A DNA stretch of 39,361 nt from a virus (taxonomy: Duplodnaviria > Caudoviricetes), in the IMG/VR virus record IMGVR_UViG_3300038974_000844, positions 1 to 39,361 of that record. One strand, written 5' to 3'. The notes beneath the pieces are model-generated. The model did not search any database. It saw only the letters and a program-made list of their open reading frames with translations, and had not been told where the DNA came from. Shown here piece after piece: positions 26,388 through 36,466 of the stretch. Positions within the stretch are counted from its first letter, which is position 1. Each line of letters begins with the position of its first letter. The position numbers and the translations under genes are program-made.

Positions 26388-26526
26388 ACAGGAGCACGTA
26401 AAGCTTGACGAAAAAGTTATTACTAAGGAGGAGCTTCAAAAGATTAAAGAAGAACTCCCTAAGGATAAAAGAATCGTCGAGGTAGGTTCTGAAGAATTCA
26501 AGACGCTTACACGCATGCAAGAATAA
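26380..26526 (+). CDS. Small hypothetical protein (48 aa)
   Basis: MSEQEHVKLDEK...TRMQE; GGGGA SD; overlaps the previous stop. Confidence 0.65.
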   Translation: MSEQEHVKLDEKVITKEELQKIKEELPKDKRIVEVGSEEFKTLTRMQE

Positions 26527-26579
26527 TACTAAACTCTGCCAGCTGGTAAGTTTATATTGTTAAATACAAAGGCAGACAT

Positions 26580-27518
26580 ATGAGATACGATTGTTTACTA
26601 ATTGACGTGCTAAATGTAGCGCACAGATACTTTAATCACGAAAAAGAGAAGCCTGAATTTGTTTCCAAAAAGCAGGTGTTTAAGCAAGCTGTGTGCAATT
26701 TTATTAATAAGGTAGAGCAGCTAGAAAAGGAGTTTCTTCATTCAACTGGAGACGTGTATCTTTTATTCGATAACCCCACTAGTCGCGCTGATCTTCAATC
26801 CTCTTTTTACTATGCAGATAGAAAGGATGCTTACGACAATTACAAGAGAGATCGCGCTAAGCAGCCGAAAGAATTTTACAACTCAGTAAATCTTCTCAAG
26901 TATTATTATATGGTGGGTGATAAGCATTATCATGTTATACAAATACCGCGGCTTGAAGCGGATGATCTTGTTGAGCCTATCCTGCGTAATTACTGTAAAA
27001 ATAAAACTGCTCTGCTTATGACTAACGACCTCGACTGGGTGCGTTATTTATCTCCTTCGGTCGACTGGATCCCGAATGGTAACACTCCTGAAAAGGTGGA
27101 AGATCTCTCCGAAAGATTAGGCTTTCCTGTTACGCAAACAAGTATTATAGCGTACAAAGCTTTGTTTGGGGATCCTGCTGACAATATTCCTAGTATTGTG
27201 CCTCCACGCTATCACGAGGCATTTTCCATACTTGCTCGCGAACTTGTAGACGCAGATGATCTACTCTTTATGCATACCAAAGACGAGATGACAGAGCGGT
27301 ATCCGTTGCTGCAGTTTGTAAGTAAGAACACAAATCAATTACGTATTAATCTTCAGCTTGTACGCGCTATTCCTGTACAAGACGTGCACTTGCAGCACGC
27401 TATTGTTGAAGGGCGTAATAGCCAAGTATCCCGAAAAGCTGTACGTCGAGCTATCGGTCTTGATGATGAGAATCCAGGAGAGTTTGTTTTTGGAAATATT
27501 AGGAGACCACGCGTTTGA
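26580..27518 (+). CDS. 5'-3' exonuclease / flap endonuclease (T4 RNase H-like)
   Basis: LLIDV, LFD, YKRDR, LEADDL, TNDLDW, GDPADNIP. Confidence 0.92.
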   Translation: MRYDCLLIDVLNVAHRYFNHEKEKPEFVSKKQVFKQAVCNFINKVEQLEKEFLHSTGDVYLLFDNPTSRADLQSSFYYADRKDAYDNYKRDRAKQPKEFYNSVNLLKYYYMVGDKHYHVIQIPRLEADDLVEPILRNYCKNKTALLMTNDLDWVRYLSPSVDWIPNGNTPEKVEDLSERLGFPVTQTSIIAYKALFGDPADNIPSIVPPRYHEAFSILARELVDADDLLFMHTKDEMTERYPLLQFVSKNTNQLRINLQLVRAIPVQDVHLQHAIVEGRNSQVSRKAVRRAIGLDDENPGEFVFGNIRRPRV

Positions 27519-28522
27519 TTGCAATACTAGGGGATATTCACTTTTCAGCATCTAAGCCATATTTTGTAGAAGCGGCTCATCGTGTTATCTCGTGGTTTTC
27601 TTCGTGGGAGTATAATAACGAAGATAATGAGCTTATTCTTGCTGGAGATCTCGTAGCATTAGCAATTAACGGAGGACTTGTATTAGAATTCCTCTATAAA
27701 TTTATTACAGCATCACGCTTTAAGCATATTCATATTGTGGTAGGAAATCACGATAAAAAAATGAAAGATGGAATCCAGCAATTAGCCTACTCTTTTCTAA
27801 AACACGTACCATATGTTACCCTATATGAAGAGATTACTAGTATATGTATACAAGAGAAAAATGTACTCCTTATGCCATACTATAAGGCCGAAGGGTTCCA
27901 AAAGAGTATGCAAGAAAGATATTCAAATCTCTATCTAGAGAAGAAATATCAGCAACACTTCGATCTTCTTGTAGGGCATTTTGCGGATGGGAACTCCACG
28001 TTTGAATCTTCGGACACTGTACACAATTTAGATAAGCTAGATGTAGATACTATTTGCTTAGGGCATATTCATCAGCGTATTATTCCGGACAGATACATAG
28101 GATCGTTATACGCCAATCGTGTAAATGAGAATGCGAGCAATCGTGCAGCTTGGATTGTACGTGAAACAGATGTTATTGAAGATCCCTTACCCGTTTTCGT
28201 AGAATTTATTTCCGTCCGATATCCTGAACCTCTTCCTGCATCCACAGCACTAGTTCCTGTTTATACCATCACAAATTGTTCTAGTGAAAAGGTAGCACAA
28301 GAGCTGTATGGAGATATTTTTATTAAGGCTGTGCTCAAGAACATCCAAGGAGCAAGTGCGTTTGATGGGGATATTAATTCTTCAGATATATTAGATATTA
28401 ATATACCGAGCATATTTAAGGAATTCTTACAAAAGCAAGACCCTCCTCTTGATCGTCGTGTCGCTAGAATGTGTTTATCACTTATAGAAATAACTACTAA
28501 TTCTAGTGATGGAAGTAACTGA
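27515..28522 (+). CDS. Mre11/SbcD-like recombination nuclease (T4 gp47-like)
   Basis: GDIHF, AGDL, VGNHD, VGHF, LGHIH, YIGS. Confidence 0.9.
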   Translation: MIAILGDIHFSASKPYFVEAAHRVISWFSSWEYNNEDNELILAGDLVALAINGGLVLEFLYKFITASRFKHIHIVVGNHDKKMKDGIQQLAYSFLKHVPYVTLYEEITSICIQEKNVLLMPYYKAEGFQKSMQERYSNLYLEKKYQQHFDLLVGHFADGNSTFESSDTVHNLDKLDVDTICLGHIHQRIIPDRYIGSLYANRVNENASNRAAWIVRETDVIEDPLPVFVEFISVRYPEPLPASTALVPVYTITNCSSEKVAQELYGDIFIKAVLKNIQGASAFDGDINSSDILDINIPSIFKEFLQKQDPPLDRRVARMCLSLIEITTNSSDGSN

Positions 28523-29582
28523 AACACCAAGAAAGCAATATTACGATCATAGCAATTATACAGCAACATACTACGCTCTTTATATAGCGTTAGAACGTTG
28601 GTTAGCCTCTGTAGCGTTCCGTAATGATCTCTCCCGTGTGTTTCTCGCTTCTCCCGATTATGCGTATCGTCGTAGATTCGAACTCACAGATACAACTACA
28701 GATTACAGTCAACTTCCTATCTCTTCGCTACGCTTTCCCTTCGCTAACTATTGGCCGTTGAATGATGGATGGGTACCCGATACTCGCATAGCAGCAAACC
28801 CCGCATCTCTTGTAGAGATTGGTATGTCAGCACAAACGCGCATGCTGCAGGCAATTATGGTAACTATGGATGTTGAATTACTACTCCATTTTGATAGAGA
28901 AGATGATGCTCGACAGGCATATGAGCTTCTTCTCTGGCAATCATATAGAGAGCAGTATACAAGCACAACAATAGCGTGGAAAGGCGAAACATTACAAATA
29001 CCGCTTAACATAAAAGTACAAAACTTGCAGTTTAATCCAGATTTTACAGAGAAGGATTGGCTATCATCCAACCGCATATTTATTGTTCAGGCTACACTAC
29101 AACTGCGATCGTTTTCGTTGAAACCTCCACGACAGTTGGATTACAATGCTCTTGATGGTAGCAGTCTTCCTGATGATGATAAATTCTATCTTACAGATGA
29201 AGTAATATTATCCTTTATGAATGATAAGAAGATAACTAAGGTACTTTCTGTGCGGGCTTTGTTTGATTATAATATAGATATTCCTATCAATTATGCCCGT
29301 GTGGCTTATGCCACAGAAAGCACTGTTAAGATAGAGTGGGATGTAGGGATTGAGCTGAGTGAAGTTATTATAACACGTGAAGGTACTGAGGCTATTCACT
29401 TACCCGGCGATAGCAAGAGTTATATTTTCAACGAACTAATTAAAAATAGCAGTTATACAACTACTATAGCATTTATAACTGAAAGTGGATCATCAAAGGA
29501 GATAGCGTTAACAATTGAAACTTCTGCAGGAACAGAAGAAGTAGAGAGAAGCACGGGGACCTTGATTGGTACGACTTGGTAG
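28509..29582 (+). CDS. Tail completion/terminator protein (gp15-like) with C-terminal fibronectin type III-like domain
   Basis: Immediately upstream of the sheath. C-terminal ATESTVKIEWD...SYIFNELIKNSSYTTTI matches an FN3 pattern. Confidence 0.55.
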   Translation: MEVTETPRKQYYDHSNYTATYYALYIALERWLASVAFRNDLSRVFLASPDYAYRRRFELTDTTTDYSQLPISSLRFPFANYWPLNDGWVPDTRIAANPASLVEIGMSAQTRMLQAIMVTMDVELLLHFDREDDARQAYELLLWQSYREQYTSTTIAWKGETLQIPLNIKVQNLQFNPDFTEKDWLSSNRIFIVQATLQLRSFSLKPPRQLDYNALDGSSLPDDDKFYLTDEVILSFMNDKKITKVLSVRALFDYNIDIPINYARVAYATESTVKIEWDVGIELSEVIITREGTEAIHLPGDSKSYIFNELIKNSSYTTTIAFITESGSSKEIALTIETSAGTEEVERSTGTLIGTTW

Positions 29583-29610
29583 ACTAATTACATATAGGAG
29601 CTAGTAAATA

Positions 29611-31749
29611 ATGGATACAAACAGAATTTCTATAATAGGAAGAGATTTAAGTGAGGGAGCCACTCCTCGAACTGAAACGCTAAAAGGGTTTACCGTAGTA
29701 AAGGCACCTAAAGGACCGATTGATCCAGTGCTTATTCCCGCTGGGAATCCTTCTCTTGTGTACGAGGTGCTTGGATATACCTCAAAAGAATATCCACAAA
29801 TTCAAGAAGTTCTTGATTTTAATAAGCAATTCGATGTGTACGTTTCTGCACCGTACTCTCAGTCAGTAGAGGGTCTTTCAGTAACATCTATTCCAGTTGC
29901 ATACGTAACCCCGGCTGGCATCTTCCCTGCTGCTGAAGTTGTATCTCTTGAAGGTGCTAATTTGAGCAACGTAAAAGGAGGCGAAGAAGATGTAGATGGC
30001 ATTAGCAAATTCACAAGTGACCCTGCAGTACTCGTACCGGTAGGTATAGAAGCCTCGTTATTTGGTTCTTCTGATCTTGCAGAAGATGATGCAACACCAC
30101 TTACATTTAGCAATGATACCCTGACAATTGGCTTTGGTTTTGACATTGGTCTTGCATTAACAGATTCTCCTACAGGCATTGATGTGCTAGACAGCACTGA
30201 ATTCTCTCCTACAGACGTAGGGCGTATTCTCCGTATGGGAGCAGCTACAGCTAATATTGAAGGTGAGCTAGTATTCGATATTCCCGGAGAAGAATTAATT
30301 GTATTGCGGATTAAAGACGATGCAGGAAACTTCTCACTTGTTACAGAAGCAGGTACTGAGCTCTGTGCAATCAACCCTGTTTCGGGGGATACAGTACTCG
30401 ATATCGTAAAAAATAATCTTGAAACAACCGGGGATGCATTAATAGATAGATACTTTACTACTTCTTCTTTCTCTCAGATTTGGGGATCAACTGAATTCTT
30501 ATCAACAGTACACGTGTATTGGAGAGCTACGCTTAATCAGGACTTTATTAAAGCTACCATCTTTCCGAAGTATGTAAGCGAGAGAACACTTTCATTCACA
30601 GTAGCTCGGCAGACGCTAGGAAATAGAATTTCCTTTACAGTATCCGAGCAAGTGACACCTACTACATACAGCACAAAGAATATTACAGGATCTCTTCTCG
30701 GAGATGATGTAGATGGTTTTGGGGCTTCACTAAGCTTTGACGAGCGCTTAGCTAATCAACATCTTGTAGAAGTTGTAGTTATAGATACTTTTGATGAAAC
30801 TACTGTATACTCTGCTACGAGGACATCTGTAGCTCCAATCCTTCCTGCGACAAGCTTTAGATTAGCACGTGGTACTCGTATTGTTGATGATGCTGCAATT
30901 GAAGCTGCTTGGTCTAATGTAGCTTCCGATCCAGATTATGAGCATGTAGAGGTATTTTTCCGTCCCGATGAGCTTGCAGTTTCCGCAGAGAGCTCTTTCT
31001 TCGATCTTGCTGCAACTCATAAGCTATCGCGTTTTGTAACAAGCATGGTAGTTGCTCCTGAAGATGCAACAACAACGATGCCTCAGCTTTCGAAGGGATA
31101 TAATTACTTTGTCATTACAAACTCTTTCTTGCGTCGTAGTACATTTACACGAGAGGATTATTGGTCACCGCTTACAGGCGCAGCTGCAGCAATGTATCTC
31201 GCTTGTGTAGCCCAGAAGATGGGAGGGGTAGCTCCTATGTACCTCAACTCTAACGGACTTGGTGGACAATTGAATGTAGCAGTTAAGAAGCCTAGGTATA
31301 AGTTTAATAAGGATCAACTCACGAATCTTGACAATGCTAACTTTAATCCGATTATCCGTGATCAGGCGTATGGAGTAATGCTCGTAGGGCAGAAGACAGC
31401 TCGCGGCGGTGAATTGAGTGATTGGTCATATATTGGGCATGCTTCAGCTTTCTTGCGATTGCTGCGTGAAGTTCGTGACAATGTAATGATTCCTCAGTTG
31501 GGTAAACCTAATAATACTTTCTATAGGGAATTGCGACAAGAACAGATTTCCATGATGCTACGTCCACGAACAACGGGTGATACACGTATTTGGGCAGAAG
31601 CTATCGCCGATACATCAAGAGCGGTTAACACGGACGATGTTTTACGCGAAAGAAACTTTGCTATGGTTATTAAAGTAAAGGTGGATATCTTCAGTGAAGG
31701 TGTTGAACTTACACTTATTAACTATCCGCAGGGAACTGAAATAGTTTAA
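29611..31749 (+). CDS. Contractile tail sheath protein
   Basis: N-terminal KAPKGPIDPV..YEVLG; C-terminal WSP..G, LDNANFNPII, GQKT, GKPNN, DTSRAVNTDDV. 712 aa with AGGAG SD. Confidence 0.9.
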   Translation: MDTNRISIIGRDLSEGATPRTETLKGFTVVKAPKGPIDPVLIPAGNPSLVYEVLGYTSKEYPQIQEVLDFNKQFDVYVSAPYSQSVEGLSVTSIPVAYVTPAGIFPAAEVVSLEGANLSNVKGGEEDVDGISKFTSDPAVLVPVGIEASLFGSSDLAEDDATPLTFSNDTLTIGFGFDIGLALTDSPTGIDVLDSTEFSPTDVGRILRMGAATANIEGELVFDIPGEELIVLRIKDDAGNFSLVTEAGTELCAINPVSGDTVLDIVKNNLETTGDALIDRYFTTSSFSQIWGSTEFLSTVHVYWRATLNQDFIKATIFPKYVSERTLSFTVARQTLGNRISFTVSEQVTPTTYSTKNITGSLLGDDVDGFGASLSFDERLANQHLVEVVVIDTFDETTVYSATRTSVAPILPATSFRLARGTRIVDDAAIEAAWSNVASDPDYEHVEVFFRPDELAVSAESSFFDLAATHKLSRFVTSMVVAPEDATTTMPQLSKGYNYFVITNSFLRRSTFTREDYWSPLTGAAAAMYLACVAQKMGGVAPMYLNSNGLGGQLNVAVKKPRYKFNKDQLTNLDNANFNPIIRDQAYGVMLVGQKTARGGELSDWSYIGHASAFLRLLREVRDNVMIPQLGKPNNTFYRELRQEQISMMLRPRTTGDTRIWAEAIADTSRAVNTDDVLRERNFAMVIKVKVDIFSEGVELTLINYPQGTEIV

Positions 31750-31773
31750 TAATAAGAGGAGTGAAGATATAGT

Positions 31774-32385
31774 ATGAATACTTATATAAGCGAATTGTTG
31801 GGAGCTGGCGCAGATGCAATGACCAACATGTACGAGGTAAATTTTACACTGCCAGAAAGTTCAGCACTTGGTATAGATGCGGGCAGCACACAAAGCTTAC
31901 GCATTCGTACTGATGGGTTTACACCTCCTGCTGATTCTCAGGCAACATACGCGGTGCATTGGAAAACAGTATCTGTGGATAGACCTTCTACGAAGATAGT
32001 AATGGACAGACAATTTGCTATTACGTTTAGAGTTGATGCAGAGTGGGACCTCTATAAGTTATTGCTAAAATGGAAAGGAATCACTTCAGTAGGTTCAGTA
32101 GGATTTGCTTCTCAGCTATTAACAGAGGCTCTTGGTACTGTTGCAGTAAAGGCTCTTGGAGTGCCGATTGGAAGACCGGATCAAGTTGCGGCAGCAATAG
32201 ATGATGTTCCTACAATCGCTGATGATTCTCGTTTACTCTGGGAGTATCATAACGTATGGATAGAGACGATTACTAATCCTGATTTCTCTACAGAAAGCAC
32301 AGAACCAGCTAAAGTTACCGCTACCTTCCGTTTTGGAGATTTCAGAGACGAAGCATCTAAATACGTAGAAGCTAACTTACTCTAG
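31774..32385 (+). CDS. Tail tube protein (gp19-like)
   Basis: Follows the sheath; NMYEVNF, ITFRVD..W..Y..LLKW, WEYHNVWI, VTATFRF. Confidence 0.75.
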   Translation: MNTYISELLGAGADAMTNMYEVNFTLPESSALGIDAGSTQSLRIRTDGFTPPADSQATYAVHWKTVSVDRPSTKIVMDRQFAITFRVDAEWDLYKLLLKWKGITSVGSVGFASQLLTEALGTVAVKALGVPIGRPDQVAAAIDDVPTIADDSRLLWEYHNVWIETITNPDFSTESTEPAKVTATFRFGDFRDEASKYVEANLL

Positions 32386-32397
32386 TAGGAAGCTCGT

Positions 32398-32946
32398 ATG
32401 AGTGAATTATATACTTCGAATATGGCTGCATTATTATCGGCGGGAGCTGATGCTATGGATAACCTATTCGAAGTATCGTTTGATCCTCATCCAGATTGGG
32501 GCATATCGGATGAGGATATTAAACTGCTTACCTTACGCGTTGAAAACTTTACACCACCGGCTCCTAAGCGCTCGGTGGTAAATATACCCTACCAAACAAC
32601 AACAATACAAAAACCAGGAAGTGCTGTTGATTTGCAGCGACAGCTTACATTTACTGTACGATTAGATCAAGGATTTGTTGTATACAATCTCCTTGCAAAA
32701 TTTCGGGATAAATCATTTACAGGCTCTTCAGTTGCTCAAGTAGAAACACAAGAAGAAGAAATGACCGTTCTCGTGACTTCCTATGGAGCAGACTATTCAG
32801 GTATGCGCGATCCTGATATCAATCATCAATGGAAGTTTTATAATGCTACTGTGGTAGGTCTTGCTGTAACGGAATACGAACACGACAACCAAGCAAATCC
32901 TACTAAAGCAACTATAACTATTCTCTATTCCTCATACTCTGAATAG
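32398..32946 (+). CDS. Tail tube-like paralog
   Basis: LLSAGADAMDNLFEVSF matches LLGAGADAMTNMYEVNF of the previous gene. Confidence 0.7.
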   Translation: MSELYTSNMAALLSAGADAMDNLFEVSFDPHPDWGISDEDIKLLTLRVENFTPPAPKRSVVNIPYQTTTIQKPGSAVDLQRQLTFTVRLDQGFVVYNLLAKFRDKSFTGSSVAQVETQEEEMTVLVTSYGADYSGMRDPDINHQWKFYNATVVGLAVTEYEHDNQANPTKATITILYSSYSE

Positions 32947-32978
32947 AGAAAAAATCTACGCAAGTCAACTAACTTAAT

Positions 32979-33533
32979 ATGGCAATACTAGGCGTAGCAG
33001 ATACTAACAGTATTACATCTCTCTTTGCGGAGTATAATCCAGCGTTTACTAATCTATTCACGGCGATTCTTTACTCGGGGGTTTCATCTCTTGAAGTAGC
33101 TAGAAATGAAGGATTAGCGCAGTACTCCATGCTGCATGCAACAAGCATATCGTTTAAGGGATCAGGAATTACATTAAAACGGCATAACGTCACTAAGCTG
33201 TTTTCTCTAGAAGATTATCAACGCAGTGATATAGTAACAATTACGTGGCGCGAGGATGATCATTTTACAGTACGTAACTTTCATAAAGAATGGTTGCATC
33301 AGTTCTACGACGAAGAATCAGATACGTATTATAGCTATAATACAGATGCCGATGCTCAGGCAGCTCTTATGAAGAATATACATGTAAACCTACACGAGGG
33401 AAACGCAAAGCTTAAGCTCGAAGGCGTTCTTCCTCAAAGGATACCTGATTTAGATTTATCGTGGGAAGCTCCCGGTGTTATTACTTATACGCTATCATAC
33501 TATGTTACGTCATGGGATTGGGAGACAACATAA
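32979..33533 (+). CDS. Tube-fold baseplate/tube initiator (gp48/gp54-like)
   Basis: NLFTA, ITWREDDHF..RNFHKEW, GVLP..IPDLDLSW; position in the tail block. Confidence 0.6.
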   Translation: MAILGVADTNSITSLFAEYNPAFTNLFTAILYSGVSSLEVARNEGLAQYSMLHATSISFKGSGITLKRHNVTKLFSLEDYQRSDIVTITWREDDHFTVRNFHKEWLHQFYDEESDTYYSYNTDADAQAALMKNIHVNLHEGNAKLKLEGVLPQRIPDLDLSWEAPGVITYTLSYYVTSWDWETT

Positions 33534-33986
33534 ATGAAAACAACCACTCCAATATTATCAGAGCTGCAAACTAAGCAGCTAGGGGATACTGCTCGAGCAT
33601 TTATTGACGGTAAGGATTTTAATTTTAAAGGTAATAATATTACTGCAGAAGCCTCCCAACGAGAGGACTTCGTGCTCGACGGTACTGCTGCTATAAAAAA
33701 TAAAGTAATGTTCTGGCTAACTTCCGCTGAAGGTGATTATGTGCGCGAACCAGGTAAAGGAGGCGTATTATGGAGCTTGCTTGGAAAGTCTCTTACGGAC
33801 GCGAATGCCGCACGCATCAAGAAAGATATCCAAACATTCTTTTCTGCTAACTTTCAAGGAGAGCTTAATTTGCTTGGTGTAGATATAATAAAAGATATAG
33901 AAAATAGACGATGGAAAATAGAATTGCTAGTTAAAGATCCTATTAGACGAGAAATCTTTAATTTAGCTGTAGGAGTTACTATATGA
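33534..33986 (+). CDS. Baseplate wedge/sheath initiator (gp25-like)
   Basis: AIKNKVMFWLTSAEGDYVREPGKGG..WSLL matches the gp25 pattern. Confidence 0.8.
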   Translation: MKTTTPILSELQTKQLGDTARAFIDGKDFNFKGNNITAEASQREDFVLDGTAAIKNKVMFWLTSAEGDYVREPGKGGVLWSLLGKSLTDANAARIKKDIQTFFSANFQGELNLLGVDIIKDIENRRWKIELLVKDPIRREIFNLAVGVTI

Positions 33987-36466
33987 AAGCGTTTGACGCA
34001 GCTAGTATATACCAACGATATGTAGATAAGTTGTCCCAGAATCCTGACTGGAAAGCAGTTTTAGGAGATTCTGTAGTATCTGCTGTGCTAAAAGCAGTAG
34101 CAGAAGTGCAAGCAGAGACAGTACGATATTCCGAACATATGTATAAAGAAACAAAATGGGATACCGCTCAAAATACGAGCTCTATCGTTGCCGCAGCTGG
34201 ACAATTAGGGTACAAGCCTGCTCGTCGAAAATCGGCGTTCGGAGAAATTTATATTTCAGCTGATCCACGCACACACCTCGTAGGACGCGCTATATTTAGA
34301 GATGCATTTCTCAGCTTAACCAGCAGTTCTCCTCAAATAGCTGGATGGAAAACCCTAACTGAAGAGATTAATTTTAGCAAAAACGCTACTGTTGTAGATT
34401 CAAAAGGCAATAGCTACATACTAACATCTCTTCGCCCGTTGGAAGCCTCGAGTACTACCTATAGCGATAATTTATTTGGATTTCCATCTCATGCAGCATA
34501 CACGCGGAATACTATCATACAGGGAGTACACAAGTCTATAGAAATACCCATAGACGTTGCACGAGCAATATCTACACGCTCTAAGCTCGATCCGTATGTA
34601 TTTATTCCTGTTGAGATACGAGATTGCGAGGACGCGAATACAGCATTAACACGGAGCTTATTTCGTGTATTCTCTGTAAAAACATCTGGAGAAGAAGAAG
34701 AATATCGTGTAGTAGATACACTACATTTTTCAAACTCTACAGACAGGGATGTAGAAGTATATAATGACTTGTATAATAAAGATGTACTGTACTTAAAATT
34801 TAATGCAAGCAGTAATCGCGGTCGTGTAATGAACCTATCAACTGGATCTGGTATAGATCATTTACGCGTGGATTATGTAGAATCTCTTGGTAGCGCAGGA
34901 AATGTTTCTTCCGCTTTTGAACAATTCACCGTATCAGATATTCCCGAGCACCCAGGATTAAAGCTATATGGTATTAATTTGGATCCAATTATTGGAGGAG
35001 CTGATGAAGAGACAGTATATGATATTAAGCAGAATGCACCGCGATATTACATGAATACATATACCGTAGCTACCAAAGAAGCATATGAAAACATTATTAA
35101 GAGAATTGATTTTTCTGGTGAGTATGCTTCAAAGGTGCGTGTATTTGCTCGTACAAGCGAGAATGAAGATTCCGAAGTACGTCAGCGTATTACGTGGGCA
35201 ACAATGATTCTTCCTTCTTTAGAAGATCTTGCTACCTCAACTGAAGATAATCCGTATTCTGAAATTGAACGCTTAATAAATTATTACTTAACCGAGCTAA
35301 AAGCTCCTACTGATGTGATTAGATTCACTCCTCCACGATACGTAGGGTTCGGCGTAGGAATAAACTGCACAGCCGATCGCGCACAGGTAGACAATCTCTC
35401 GGCATTAAAACGGGATATTCGAGATACTGTTGATGCAGCGTATGGTTCACGCAGTTCGTTGTTAGATTTTAAGCGTCCTGTATATTCAGCAGATATTATA
35501 TCTAGTCTCAAATCCTCCTTTCCGGCACTAAAATCCGTAAAGATAGAATTAGAAGCTGTTACAAAATTGAATTGGAATAACACACAGAGAATTCAACCAG
35601 TTCCAGGAACTACGAATCCGATTCGTACATTACGCATTCCTTTCTCATTCAATTCTCTCTTTAACGGGACTGGGCTTCGTCGTGGGTTTAAAGATTACCA
35701 AACAGGTGCTGCGTATGTATTGCGCGTAGATATTTTCTACAAGCAATCCCCTAGCTCAAACCTACCCCCCTACCATGTATCCATTTTTGTTAAAGAGGAT
35801 CCTACACGCACAAAGAAAGCATTCTACTATATGCAAGATGGTGCGGAAAATGCAACTATCTGGCCTGAAGGGCTTGTAGAAGGTAATTATCCATTCTTTA
35901 GTCCTGAGGTATACGATCGGCTAGATGAAGGATATCAATTCTACTTTAAAAAGAAGTATTATACAGATCTTGAATTTGAGGAGCTTGTTTCAAACGAAGC
36001 ACTTACTCAGGAACGTGTACTTAGCACATATCGTCAAACTCCCGGGGCTCTTAACTCGTACCTTATATGGTGGGGTGAGAATGAAGACGAGACCGAGGAC
36101 GATGCTGGGGACGGCTTCTTTGAATTTGACATAGAATCATTCTACTATACATTACAGAAATGCGCTGAGCAAGATACATATCTACAGTCCGCACTTTCAC
36201 CGTACGAGTTTTCATATGTACGTTGTGATGCTGCTAGTAGTGAAATATTAAACGGATTTGTAAAGGATGTACTTGCCAATTATATTGATATATATGTAAG
36301 TATGAGACCATTAGACAGTGATATAGTATTTACTGATGCGGAAACAAACAATGATGTAGTTCTCTATATCGACTCACAAGACCAGTTAAGTATCGAAGGA
36401 AGTGCTACCGAGGCTTCCCAGAGCAGACGTAATCGCCTTATATCTGTGGAGTGTGATTTAATATGA
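33983..36466 (+). CDS. Baseplate wedge protein (gp6/BaseplateJ-like)
   Basis: ETKWDTAQN..SIV..A.QLGYKP, YVESLGSAGNV, GGADEET...IKQNAP, VATKEAY. Confidence 0.88.
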   Translation: MKAFDAASIYQRYVDKLSQNPDWKAVLGDSVVSAVLKAVAEVQAETVRYSEHMYKETKWDTAQNTSSIVAAAGQLGYKPARRKSAFGEIYISADPRTHLVGRAIFRDAFLSLTSSSPQIAGWKTLTEEINFSKNATVVDSKGNSYILTSLRPLEASSTTYSDNLFGFPSHAAYTRNTIIQGVHKSIEIPIDVARAISTRSKLDPYVFIPVEIRDCEDANTALTRSLFRVFSVKTSGEEEEYRVVDTLHFSNSTDRDVEVYNDLYNKDVLYLKFNASSNRGRVMNLSTGSGIDHLRVDYVESLGSAGNVSSAFEQFTVSDIPEHPGLKLYGINLDPIIGGADEETVYDIKQNAPRYYMNTYTVATKEAYENIIKRIDFSGEYASKVRVFARTSENEDSEVRQRITWATMILPSLEDLATSTEDNPYSEIERLINYYLTELKAPTDVIRFTPPRYVGFGVGINCTADRAQVDNLSALKRDIRDTVDAAYGSRSSLLDFKRPVYSADIISSLKSSFPALKSVKIELEAVTKLNWNNTQRIQPVPGTTNPIRTLRIPFSFNSLFNGTGLRRGFKDYQTGAAYVLRVDIFYKQSPSSNLPPYHVSIFVKEDPTRTKKAFYYMQDGAENATIWPEGLVEGNYPFFSPEVYDRLDEGYQFYFKKKYYTDLEFEELVSNEALTQERVLSTYRQTPGALNSYLIWWGENEDETEDDAGDGFFEFDIESFYYTLQKCAEQDTYLQSALSPYEFSYVRCDAASSEILNGFVKDVLANYIDIYVSMRPLDSDIVFTDAETNNDVVLYIDSQDQLSIEGSATEASQSRRNRLISVECDLI

